NCBI GenBank assembly: GCA_963624325.1
Contig: CAVFPH010000019.1
Location: 3,757 to 27,082 of the forward strand
Length of the DNA stretch: 23,326 nt
From: a bacterium
Lineage (GTDB): Bacteria > Bacillota > Clostridia > Christensenellales > Aristaeellaceae
Reading direction: 5' to 3'
The notes beneath the pieces are model-generated. The model saw nothing but the letters and a program-made list of their open reading frames with translations, searched no databases and had not been told where the DNA came from. How positions within the stretch are numbered: the stretch's first letter is position 1; each line of letters begins with the position of its first letter. Both the position numbers and the translations under genes were made by a program. Shown piece by piece: positions 5,285 to 13,750 of this stretch.

Positions 5285-7939
5285 ATGAAAAAAACGCTGG
5301 CCATGCTGCTGACCCTGTGCCTGCTGGCATCCTGCCTGCCCATTGTTCACGCTGAGGATTGCCCCAAAGGCGGCGTCCACGACGTGACACAGGATATCGG
5401 CACCTACACCATCACCACCACCGATCCTACCTGCCAGAAAAAGGGCATGCGCATCTATACCTGCACCGAGTGCGGAGAGGTATTCTGGGAGGAAGGCTAC
5501 TTAGATCCGCTGGATCACAACTATCGGGAAACCGAACGCAAGAATCCTACCTGCACGGAAAACGGCTATGTTACCTATGCCTGTTCCAAGTGCCTTGACA
5601 GCTATACCGACATCCTTCAAGCCGAAGGGCATAATCAGAGCGGCCCTCTCTTCTTTCAGAAAGCTACTTGTACTCAACCGGAGACGGAATACGTGCAATG
5701 CACCAAGTGCCTGCAGCTGCAGGAGAACGGCACAACCGGAGAGGCCCTCGGCCATGACTATCGGCAAACGAACGTGGTTCCCTCCACCTGCGCGGTGGCA
5801 GGCTATATCACCTATACCTGCAACCGCTGCCCGGCTACCTATAATGATCCCTTGCCGCTGGCTGACCACAATTATGAGGTGAAGACTGCTCCCGCCACCT
5901 GCACCGAGGGCGAGCGGTGCTATGACGAGTGCAGCGAATGCGGCGATACAACAACGGGTGAATATGTCAGCGATCCCCTCGGCCATGATTATCATGTGCA
6001 GGAATTCAAGCACGTGGAACCCACCTGCGAGGAGCGCGGCAGCGATACCCACAAGTGCGCCCGCTGCGGTGAGGGCTACATGACCGCCCTGGGTGCCCTG
6101 GGCCATGATTGGACGACCACCGACGGCTATACCTACACCTGTACCCGCTGCGGCAAGGTCGAGGTGGATGAGGAGGCCAAGGCCGAGGCCGAGGCTACGC
6201 CGATCCCCAGCGCATACGGCAGTGCCAACGAAAAGGATGAGCTGACCGACCTGACGCTTACCAGCGCCATCAAGGAAGTGGGCGGCGGCTACTCCCTGCG
6301 CCGCGAGGAAGCCACGCTGAACAGCATCTCGCTGGCAGCCGAGCGCGACCCCGAAAATTCCTGGATGCGCCTGACCGCGGCGGATCCTGCCAGCCAGCTG
6401 GGCATGGTTTCCGGCTTTATCGGGGACGATATGACCATGACGCTGACCGAGAATGATAAGGAACTCAAAATCACGGGCGTCAGTATGAAGGATTCCGTGC
6501 TGACCATCACCACATCCTCCGGCGCTGTATTCGAGCTGAGCACGCCGGGCGTATCGCTGGGCTATACCGAGCTGGACAGCATTTCCGAGAAAAACCTGGA
6601 CCGCATCATATTCAAACGTTCGGGCGGCGTGCTGATGATCGATTTCGGCTCCGCTGAGGCGATGAAGGCGGAGGTTGCGGCCGCGCTTGCCACCCCCGCG
6701 CCCACATACCATGTTGAGATTAAATTCTCCAAGGCGAACATTACGACCCCCACTCCCACGCCCGCGCCCATATACGTGGTTAACATCACATTCAGCAAGG
6801 CGAACATTACAAGAGAGGAGCCGTCCGCTACCCCCGAACCGACGGTCGCAATCGTGCCGGAAGAAGAGTGCAGGATTGTTATCATCGCATACGACGACGA
6901 GGAGGATGTCGCGAAATACGAGCGCTCCATCTGCCCGCATCAGTGGGAGTATGCCGAAGAGAACACTTGCCAGGCATCCAGAACATGCAAGCTCTGCGGA
7001 AAGCAGGAGGATACCCCGTCGGAGCACTGCTGGTACGCATGGAATAAGGTTGTAGACGGCAAGCAGTATGATATGAACGTAACATCGATCACTGATGCAA
7101 ACGGTTTTGTCATCACTGACTATGTGGTGTCTACATACATTTTGAAATGCCGCTACTGCGATGCCACGATGGAGGAAACCTCGCTCAATCAGGTGGCGGG
7201 CAAGTGTACGCATCCCCGGCTGAAAGAGAAAACAACAGCATACGTAAATGACGGCGATGATGTAAGAAAATATTGGTGTACCAACGCGATGCAGTGTCCG
7301 GATTGCCATTCACAAGTCAAGGCTGTCGGTCACAACTGGAAAATTACCGGCGAGAGCGGCGATTATTACACGGCCGTTTGCCAGCGCTGCGGAAAAACCA
7401 TCAACGCAAACAAGAAATACTACAACAGCGCAAAAGGCAAGCTGGACACAAGTGAAATGTCCTGCGCGGATGACCCCAACAACCATCGCTGGGTGACTGT
7501 CGAGTCCAACGGCTGCAAACAGACGCTTGTGTGCAGCAACTGCGGCAAGCAGACAACAACGGACCACGACTGGGAGGTTACCAAACAGCTGTGCAACTAT
7601 ACAGCCGTATGCCGGAAGTGCGGGAAAACGGAAAAGGTAACCATCCACCCCGAAATCGATGTAGAGTCAATCAACCGGGGAGAAACAGTAAAAAAATGGT
7701 GGATCGACCAGCATTACGAATATAATGTATATGTGACATATGCATATTGTACAAGCTGCGGACTGACATTAGCCAGCGAAAAAGCTGAAGAATACAAAAT
7801 TAGCTTTAATGAATATAAAAACAGTGATTACGAGACGAAAAAGATAGAGAAGCTGAAGAGGAAATTCGGTGTCGATAAATTCCCTGCCACCTATACATTG
7901 CCCGTTTATCTAACGGACGGCTACATTAACTCCAAATAA
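5285..7939 (+). CDS. Large secreted or lipoprotein Cys-rich repeat protein (884 aa), family unassigned
   Basis: SD GGAG lies 6 nt upstream. Signal peptide MKKTLAMLLTLCLLASCLPIVHA has a lipobox-like LASC (Cys17) and an alternative AxA-type site VHA/ED. About 45 Cys in the mature protein fall in regular CxxC-containing modules. There is no LPXTG, SLH or C-terminal TM segment. Confidence 0.85.
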   Translation: MKKTLAMLLTLCLLASCLPIVHAEDCPKGGVHDVTQDIGTYTITTTDPTCQKKGMRIYTCTECGEVFWEEGYLDPLDHNYRETERKNPTCTENGYVTYACSKCLDSYTDILQAEGHNQSGPLFFQKATCTQPETEYVQCTKCLQLQENGTTGEALGHDYRQTNVVPSTCAVAGYITYTCNRCPATYNDPLPLADHNYEVKTAPATCTEGERCYDECSECGDTTTGEYVSDPLGHDYHVQEFKHVEPTCEERGSDTHKCARCGEGYMTALGALGHDWTTTDGYTYTCTRCGKVEVDEEAKAEAEATPIPSAYGSANEKDELTDLTLTSAIKEVGGGYSLRREEATLNSISLAAERDPENSWMRLTAADPASQLGMVSGFIGDDMTMTLTENDKELKITGVSMKDSVLTITTSSGAVFELSTPGVSLGYTELDSISEKNLDRIIFKRSGGVLMIDFGSAEAMKAEVAAALATPAPTYHVEIKFSKANITTPTPTPAPIYVVNITFSKANITREEPSATPEPTVAIVPEEECRIVIIAYDDEEDVAKYERSICPHQWEYAEENTCQASRTCKLCGKQEDTPSEHCWYAWNKVVDGKQYDMNVTSITDANGFVITDYVVSTYILKCRYCDATMEETSLNQVAGKCTHPRLKEKTTAYVNDGDDVRKYWCTNAMQCPDCHSQVKAVGHNWKITGESGDYYTAVCQRCGKTINANKKYYNSAKGKLDTSEMSCADDPNNHRWVTVESNGCKQTLVCSNCGKQTTTDHDWEVTKQLCNYTAVCRKCGKTEKVTIHPEIDVESINRGETVKKWWIDQHYEYNVYVTYAYCTSCGLTLASEKAEEYKISFNEYKNSDYETKKIEKLKRKFGVDKFPATYTLPVYLTDGYINSK
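5360..6154 (+). repeat. Protein-level tandem array: 6 full + 1 partial ~40-aa modules, [GD]-H-[DN]-[YW]...P-[ST]-C-x9-C-x2-C
   Basis: Cys triplets at aa (50,60,63), (90,100,103), (129,139,142), (169,179,182), (206,216,219), (248,258,261) and the partial (286,289). Each is followed 13 or 15 aa later by the His of DHNY/GHNQ/GHDY/DHNY/GHDY/GHDW. The DNA copies have diverged, with no long exact nucleotide repeats. Confidence 0.7.
6704..6835 (+). repeat. Two tandem 22-aa units (TYHVEIKFSKANITTPTPTPAP / IYVVNITFSKANITREEPSATP) in a Pro/Thr-rich linker
   Basis: The exact 14-nt AAGGCGAACATTAC occurs at 6731-6744 and again at 6797-6810 (66-nt period). Both copies encode FSKANIT. Confidence 0.6.
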
Positions 7940-7950
7940 CCGGCCTCATG

Positions 7951-7992
7951 GGGCGGCACTCCACGCGGGTGCCGCCCGTCTTTTTGCGTTTT
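7951..7992 (+). terminator. Rho-independent terminator of the Cys-rich protein gene
   Basis: GGGCGGCAC (7951-7959) / 9-nt loop / GTGCCGCCC (7969-7977) is a perfect 9-bp GC-rich stem, followed by GTCTTTTTGCGTTTT. Confidence 0.75.
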
Positions 7993-8006
7993 CGGCCGTT
8001 TCGGGG

Positions 8007-8035
8007 TTTTCAGCCGCTTTTTTTTATGCTATAAT
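8007..8035 (+). promoter_or_regulatory. Sigma-A promoter with extended -10 for the yicC-to-rsmA housekeeping array
   Basis: -35 TTTTCA (8007-8012, 4/6), a 17-nt spacer, then TGcTATAAT (TATAAT 8030-8035). Roughly phased T-tracts between 7980 and 8025 could act as an UP-like element. Confidence 0.5.
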
Positions 8036-8060
8036 CAATGGTTGCAGGGAGGGTGAAGCC

Positions 8061-8933
8061 ATGCAGAGTATGACCGGCTACGGCCGAGAACAGGTAGTGC
8101 GGGACGGACGGGAAATGACGGTGGAGCTGAAATCCGTCAACCACCGCTTTCTGGATATTTCCCTTCGGATGCCCAGGGTGCTCAGCTTTGCGGAGGAGGA
8201 TATCCGCCGTCAGCTGGGCGCGGCAATGAAGCGCGGGCATGTGGATGTATTTGTTACCTATCGCAACGCCCGCGCGGACGCAAAAAAGGTATCAGTGGAT
8301 ACCGCGCTGGCAAGGGCGTACCGCGATGCCATGCGGGAATTGAGCGAGGCGGTGGGCGTCCCCTGCGATGTGCCGCTGGATCGCTATGCGCAGCTGCCCG
8401 ATGTGCTGACCGTGACCGAAAACGAGGAGGACTGCGAGGCGGTGGGCGCTCTGCTGCGGGATGCCGCGGCGCTGGCGCTGGAGGATATGATCCGCATGCG
8501 CAGCCGCGAGGGCGAGGCGCTGAAGGCAGATTTGACGGTGCATTTGCAGCTGCTGGAGCAACTGCGGCAGCAGATCCTTGCCCGTGCGCCCGGCGTTTCG
8601 GAGGACTATCGACAGCGCCTGATGCAAAGGATGAATGAGCTTGGCGTAACGGAGATTGATCCTTCCCGCATTGTGCAGGAGGTGGCCATCTTTGCCGACC
8701 GTGCCGCCATTGATGAGGAGCTGAGCCGCCTGGACAGCCATATCCGCCAGGCCTATCTGCTCATGGACGGCGAGGCGGAATGCGGCAGCAAGCTGAACTT
8801 CCTGGTGCAGGAAATGAACCGCGAGGTAAACACCATCGGCTCCAAGGCGCTGGATGCCGAAATTGCCCGCCTGGTGGTGGATGCGAAATCCGAAATCGAA
8901 AAGCTGCGGGAGCAGATTCAAAACGTGGAGTAA
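8061..8933 (+). CDS. yicC: YicC/YloC-family stress-induced protein
   Basis: N-terminus MQSMTGYGRE...ELKSVNHRFLD and C-terminal EMNREVNTIGSKA are YicC N-terminal and DUF1732 hallmarks. SD GGGAGGGTG lies upstream. Confidence 0.9.
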   Translation: MQSMTGYGREQVVRDGREMTVELKSVNHRFLDISLRMPRVLSFAEEDIRRQLGAAMKRGHVDVFVTYRNARADAKKVSVDTALARAYRDAMRELSEAVGVPCDVPLDRYAQLPDVLTVTENEEDCEAVGALLRDAAALALEDMIRMRSREGEALKADLTVHLQLLEQLRQQILARAPGVSEDYRQRLMQRMNELGVTEIDPSRIVQEVAIFADRAAIDEELSRLDSHIRQAYLLMDGEAECGSKLNFLVQEMNREVNTIGSKALDAEIARLVVDAKSEIEKLREQIQNVE

Positions 8934-8958
8934 TCCACCGCTGTAAAGGAGCGTTTAT

Positions 8959-9564
8959 ATGCGCGAGGTACGCAAGGGCATGCTGCTGGTGATCTCCGGC
9001 CCCTCCGGCGCGGGCAAGGGCACGCTGTATACAAGGCTGCTGAACGAAGACCCCAGCATGACATTTTCGGTAAGCTACGCAACCCGTTCCCCCCGCCCGG
9101 GCGAAATAGACGGCAATGATTACTACTTTGTGGATGAGGACAAGTTTCAGCAGATGGTGGCAGCCGACGGCTTTCTGGAGTATGCTTCGGTGCACGGCCA
9201 TCACTACGGCACCCCGCGTCAGCCTGTGCTGGATGCGCTGGCAAAGGGGAAAAACGTGATGCTGGATATCGACCCGCAGGGCGCGCTGCAGGTAATGGCC
9301 AGCATGCCCGGCTGCGTATCGGTGTTCATCCTGCCCCCTTCCTTTGCCGAGCTTCGCCGCCGACTGGAAGGCAGGCATACCGAGCAGCAGGAGGAGATAG
9401 AACGCCGCCTGCGCAACGCAAGGGGCGAGGTGGCACAGAAGGAAAAGTACCAGTATCTGCTGATCAATGACGACATCGAAACCGCCTACGAAGCCCTGAA
9501 GAACATCGTGGCGGCCGAAAAACAGCGCTCCGTGCGCTATTTCCCCGAAATCGGGGAAGAATAA
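8959..9564 (+). CDS. gmk: Guanylate kinase
   Basis: P-loop ISGPSGAGKGTL, then SYATRSPRPGEIDGNDYYFV. SD AAGGAG. Confidence 0.95.
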   Translation: MREVRKGMLLVISGPSGAGKGTLYTRLLNEDPSMTFSVSYATRSPRPGEIDGNDYYFVDEDKFQQMVAADGFLEYASVHGHHYGTPRQPVLDALAKGKNVMLDIDPQGALQVMASMPGCVSVFILPPSFAELRRRLEGRHTEQQEEIERRLRNARGEVAQKEKYQYLLINDDIETAYEALKNIVAAEKQRSVRYFPEIGEE

Positions 9565-9603
9565 GCCAACAAAACCAATATAATATAAACGGAGGAAAAC
9601 AAA

Positions 9604-9819
9604 ATGTCTGTAAACAAGCCCGGCATCGTGGAACTGAGCAAAAAGGTAGACTGCCGCTATACCCTGGTGGTGGAAACGTCCAAGCGTGCGCGCCAGCTGG
9701 TTGCGGGCGCACAGCCCTTGATCGATCCCAAGGATATGAAGCCCGTCGGCATCGCCATTGAGGAGATCAACCGCGGACTGCTGACCTATCGCCGCAACCT
9801 GGAAGACGAGGAGCAGTAA
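9604..9819 (+). CDS. rpoZ: DNA-directed RNA polymerase subunit omega
   Basis: 71 aa, with CRYTLVVETSKRARQL typical of omega. It sits between gmk and coaBC as in Bacillus. SD GGAGG. Confidence 0.85.
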   Translation: MSVNKPGIVELSKKVDCRYTLVVETSKRARQLVAGAQPLIDPKDMKPVGIAIEEINRGLLTYRRNLEDEEQ

Positions 9820-9821
9820 AA

Positions 9822-11024
9822 ATGGGCGTACTGGACGGGAAGACAATTGTATACGGTGTAACGGGCGGCATCGCAGCCTACAAGAGCTGCGAGGCTGTTT
9901 CGCGCCTTAAAAAGATGGGCGCTGCGGTGTGCGTGATCATGACGAAAAACGCCACCGAGTTTGTTGCGCCCCTGACCTTTGAAACCCTGTCCAATCAGCC
10001 CTGCGTGACGGATACCTTTGCAAGGCCGGAGCGCTGGGAGGTGGAGCATGTCTCCCTTGCCAAGCGCGCGGATCTGTTTGTCATTGCGCCCGCTACCGCC
10101 AACATCATGGCAAAGCTGGCGCACGGCATTGCCGATGATATGCTGTCCACCACCTGCCTTGCCACCCGCGCGCCCATTCTGATTGCCCCGGCCATGAACA
10201 CGGGCATGTGGCAGAACCCTGCCACGCAGGAAAACGCAAAGATCCTGCAGGTACGCGGCATGCAGTTTATCGGCCCGGAGGGCGGATACCTGGCATGCGG
10301 TGATGTGGGCGCGGGACGCATGAGCGAGCCGGAACAGATTGTGCAGCGCTGCGTGGAGATGCTGACGAAGGACAAGGATCTGCAGGGCGTGCATGTGCTT
10401 GTAACCGCCGGTCCCACCTGCGAAAACATTGACCCCGTGCGCTTTATCACCAACCGCTCCAGCGGCAAGATGGGCTATGCGCTGGCCGAGGCTGCCTGCC
10501 GCCGCGGGGCCGAGGTAACGCTGGTAACGGGACCCGTGAGCCTGACGCCGCCTGCCAATGTCAAAACGGTATCGGTGCGCACAACGGAGGATCTGCTGGA
10601 GCAGATGCTGCTGCTGGCTCCCCGGCAGGATGTGATCATCCAGGCTGCCGCTCCGGCGGACTACCGCCCGCAGCAGGCTGCATCGCAAAAGCTGAAAAAG
10701 CAGGGGGACGGCACATTGAACATCTCCCTTGTATCCACACCCGATGTGGCAAAGCGGGTGGGGGAGATCAAAAAGGACGGGCAGATCCTGGTCGGCTTTG
10801 CCGCCGAGACCGAGGATGCCATTGAAAATGCACGCAAAAAGCTGGACAGCAAGCATCTGGATATGATCGTGGCCAATGATGTAACGTTGCCCGGCGCGGG
10901 CTTTGACGTGGATACCAACATTGCCGCGATCATCACCCGCGACAAAATCGAGAACCTGCCCATCATGACAAAAAAGGCGCTGGCGGATGAGATACTCAGC
11001 CGCGTTGCGGCACTGCGGGGATAA
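9822..11024 (+). CDS. coaBC: Bifunctional phosphopantothenoylcysteine decarboxylase / phosphopantothenate-cysteine ligase
   Basis: 400 aa. N-terminal flavoprotein motif GVTGGIAAYK...APATANIMAKLAHGIADD. C-terminal ligase part ITNRSSGKMG...AAAPADYRP. Confidence 0.95.
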   Translation: MGVLDGKTIVYGVTGGIAAYKSCEAVSRLKKMGAAVCVIMTKNATEFVAPLTFETLSNQPCVTDTFARPERWEVEHVSLAKRADLFVIAPATANIMAKLAHGIADDMLSTTCLATRAPILIAPAMNTGMWQNPATQENAKILQVRGMQFIGPEGGYLACGDVGAGRMSEPEQIVQRCVEMLTKDKDLQGVHVLVTAGPTCENIDPVRFITNRSSGKMGYALAEAACRRGAEVTLVTGPVSLTPPANVKTVSVRTTEDLLEQMLLLAPRQDVIIQAAAPADYRPQQAASQKLKKQGDGTLNISLVSTPDVAKRVGEIKKDGQILVGFAAETEDAIENARKKLDSKHLDMIVANDVTLPGAGFDVDTNIAAIITRDKIENLPIMTKKALADEILSRVAALRG

Positions 11025-11026
11025 GC

Positions 11027-13252
11027 ATGTACGCACAGGTTATCGTAGATATCGCCAGCGAAAGCGTGGACCGGGTGTTTACCTACCGCGCGCCGCAGGA
11101 CATGAACATTCTGCGCGGCATGCGTGTCAGCGTGCCCTTCGGCCCGCGCAGCACGGAAGGGTATGTGCTGGGGCTGTCACACAGCGCACAGCTGGAGGAA
11201 AGCCGCATACGGGATATCATCAAACCCTTGGAAGACTATCCTGCCTTGCTGCCGCAGCTGATTGATCTGGCGCAGGAAATTGCGAAAAGCACGCACTGCC
11301 CCTTGGCCGAGGCTCTGCACCTGATGCTGCCCGCACAGATGCGCGGCGGTCGGGTGAAGATCAAGACCGAGACGGCTGCCCGGCTGCTGATATCGGGCAG
11401 CGAATTGCAGACGGCCATCACAGGGTGCAAAAACGCAAAAAAACGGCGTTTGCTGCTGGAAATGCTCTCCGATGGAAAACCGTATGCGGTGTCGGAGCTG
11501 AATCAGCTGGTAAAGGATGCGCGGACAGGACTGAATGATCTGTGCCGGCGCGGATACGCGGAGCTCATTGAACAGGAAATACTGCGTTCTCCCTATCCGG
11601 ACACGCTGACACCGACGCCTGATCCCGTGCTGACAGATGAGCAGCAGGAGGCTCTGTCCGAGCTTTTGCCTGCCATCGACCGCGGAATGGGCGCTTTTTT
11701 GCTGCATGGCGTTACCGGAAGCGGGAAATCCGAGGTCTTTATTCGCGCCGTCCGCCGCTGCTTGCAGCGCGGGCGCGGTGCCATCGTGCTGGTGCCGGAA
11801 ATCGTGCTGACCCCGCAGATGGTTACCTGGTTTCGGGCACGCTTTGGCGATGTGGCGGCAGTGCTGCACTCACGCTTGTCGGCAGGGGAGCGCTTTGACG
11901 AATGGCGCCGTATCCGCATGGGGTACGCCCGCGTGGTGATCGGCGCGCGCTCCGCTGTGTTTGCGCCTGTGGATCACCTGGGGCTGATCGTGGTGGATGA
12001 GGAGCATGAGCAAAGCTACCAGAGCGAGCATTATCCGCAGTACGATGCGCGCGAAATTGCCGCATCCCGTGCAAAGCGGGAAGGTGCGGCCCTGGTGCTG
12101 GCCAGCGCAACCCCATCCGTTTTGAGCTTTGCGCGCATGGAGCGCGGCGACTATACGCTGCTGGAAATGCCGCATCGCGTGCACAACCGTCCGCTGCCCG
12201 AGGTAACGGTGGCGGACATGCGGCAGGAGCTGCGGCTGGGCAACAAGGGCATTTTTTCAACGGCGCTGATGCAGCGCATGGATGACTGCATCGCCTCCGG
12301 CAGGCAGATGATGCTTTTTATCAACCGCCGCGGGTATGCGCAGTTTGTAAACTGCCGATCCTGCGGTGAGGCCATCCGCTGCTCGCAGTGCGATGTAACC
12401 ATGACCTACCACGAGACGGATCACCGCCTGCACTGTCATTGGTGCGGTGCCTCCATTCCCATGCCCGACAAATGCCCCTCCTGCGGGAGCATTTACATCC
12501 GTGCCTGCGGCATCGGCACGCAGCGGGTGGAAACGGAAGTGAAAAAGCGCTATCCGAACATCGGCGTCATCCGCATGGATATGGATACCACCGCCACCAA
12601 GGATGCCCACGCGCAGCTGCTCAGCCGTTTTCGTGCCCGTGAGGCGCAGGTGCTGATCGGCACACAGATGATTGCCAAGGGACTCGATTTCCCAGAGGTG
12701 ACGCTGGTTGGGGCGATATTGGCCGATACATCCCTGAACATGCCCGATTACCGCGCGCCGGAAAGGACGTTCCAGCTGCTTACCCAGGTAGCGGGGCGTG
12801 CAGGACGTGCCGATTATCCTGGTCAGGTGGTGATTCAAACCTACATGCCGGAGCATTACGCCATCCGCGCGGCAGCGGCACAGGATTACCGTGCGTTTTA
12901 CCGGATGGAGTTTGACCGCCGAAAGAAAGATCTGTATCCGCCCTTTACCATGATGGCAAGGCTTCTGTGCACGGCGGATAATGCCGAGATCGCACAGGCG
13001 GTCAGCTGTCAGCTGCTTGACAATTTAAATGAATTTCTTGCAAAAAATCCATCTCTGCGCAGGCGCATCCTGTTCATGCGGCAGGATGAAGCGCCGCTCA
13101 AATTCCTGCGCGGCAGGCATCGCGCGCAGGTGCTGCTGAAGTTGCTTGAGCATCCAGACAGCCGTGCAGCACTGGATTACATGCAGGATCTTTCTCAGCA
13201 GGCGTGGCCCTGCGATGTATTACTGGAAATCAATCCCGCCTCCATGGCGTAA
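11027..13252 (+). CDS. priA: Primosomal replication restart helicase PriA
   Basis: Walker A GVTGSGKSEV, DEEH box VVDEEHE, and the Cys-rich insert CRSCGEAIRCSQCDVTMTYH...LHCHWCG...CPSCGS. Confidence 0.95.
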   Translation: MYAQVIVDIASESVDRVFTYRAPQDMNILRGMRVSVPFGPRSTEGYVLGLSHSAQLEESRIRDIIKPLEDYPALLPQLIDLAQEIAKSTHCPLAEALHLMLPAQMRGGRVKIKTETAARLLISGSELQTAITGCKNAKKRRLLLEMLSDGKPYAVSELNQLVKDARTGLNDLCRRGYAELIEQEILRSPYPDTLTPTPDPVLTDEQQEALSELLPAIDRGMGAFLLHGVTGSGKSEVFIRAVRRCLQRGRGAIVLVPEIVLTPQMVTWFRARFGDVAAVLHSRLSAGERFDEWRRIRMGYARVVIGARSAVFAPVDHLGLIVVDEEHEQSYQSEHYPQYDAREIAASRAKREGAALVLASATPSVLSFARMERGDYTLLEMPHRVHNRPLPEVTVADMRQELRLGNKGIFSTALMQRMDDCIASGRQMMLFINRRGYAQFVNCRSCGEAIRCSQCDVTMTYHETDHRLHCHWCGASIPMPDKCPSCGSIYIRACGIGTQRVETEVKKRYPNIGVIRMDMDTTATKDAHAQLLSRFRAREAQVLIGTQMIAKGLDFPEVTLVGAILADTSLNMPDYRAPERTFQLLTQVAGRAGRADYPGQVVIQTYMPEHYAIRAAAAQDYRAFYRMEFDRRKKDLYPPFTMMARLLCTADNAEIAQAVSCQLLDNLNEFLAKNPSLRRRILFMRQDEAPLKFLRGRHRAQVLLKLLEHPDSRAALDYMQDLSQQAWPCDVLLEINPASMA

Positions 13253-13264
13253 AGGAGAATCAAC

Positions 13265-13750
13265 ATGGCAGTAAAAGAAATCCTCAAAATCGGCAATGAT
13301 ACCCTGCGGAAAACCTCGCACCGCGTTGAAAAGTTCAACCTGCGCCTGTGGCTGCTGCTGCGCGACATGGCGGAAACCATGTATGAGGCGGACGGCGTGG
13401 GTCTTGCGGGCCCGCAGGTGGGCATTCTGCGCCGCGTGGTTGTGATTGACGTGCAGGATGATCACGGCCTGATTGAACTGGTCAATCCCGAAATCATCGC
13501 AGCGGAGGGGGAACAGGGCGGCCCCGAGGGCTGCCTGAGCGTACCCGGACGGCAGGGATTTGTCTATCGCCCGCAGAAGGTTACCGTGCGTGCGCAGGAT
13601 CGCCATGGCAAGGTATTTGAGCTGACGGGCGAAGGCTTGCTGGCGCGCGCATTGTGCCACGAGATTGACCATCTGGACGGCAGAATGTACGTGGATATTG
13701 AGGATCACGAGATCGTGAACGAAGAAGAGGACGGGGAGGAGCAGGAATAA
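13265..13750 (+). CDS. def: Peptide deformylase
   Basis: Motifs GVGLAGPQVG, EGCLSVPG and HEIDHLDG. It ends in an acidic tail, NEEEDGEEQE. Confidence 0.95.
   Translation: MAVKEILKIGNDTLRKTSHRVEKFNLRLWLLLRDMAETMYEADGVGLAGPQVGILRRVVVIDVQDDHGLIELVNPEIIAAEGEQGGPEGCLSVPGRQGFVYRPQKVTVRAQDRHGKVFELTGEGLLARALCHEIDHLDGRMYVDIEDHEIVNEEEDGEEQE

Noticed and set aside
5501-7309. Very long antisense ORFs on the minus strand. Examples: 5501-7309 (602 aa), 16372-17931 (519 aa), 17718-19325 (535 aa), 9786-11036 (416 aa), 3778-4932 (384 aa), 8761-9846 (361 aa), 2067-3029 (320 aa), 287-1042 (251 aa).
   Set aside because: Each lies fully opposite a plus-strand gene with unambiguous family motifs. Their translations are low-complexity (Arg/Ala/Gly/His-rich) with no recognisable motifs. 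Stop-poor shadow frames of this kind are expected in GC-rich coding DNA.
1283-7939. The idea that the STAS/PP2C/kinase genes plus the Cys-rich protein form an anti-phage defence or toxin system.
   Set aside because: There is no nuclease, NTPase, TIR, Sir2, protease, toxin-antitoxin, methyltransferase or mobile-element signature. The domain set is that of signal transduction, and a promoter-like element and a terminator-like hairpin separate the Cys-rich gene from the operon.
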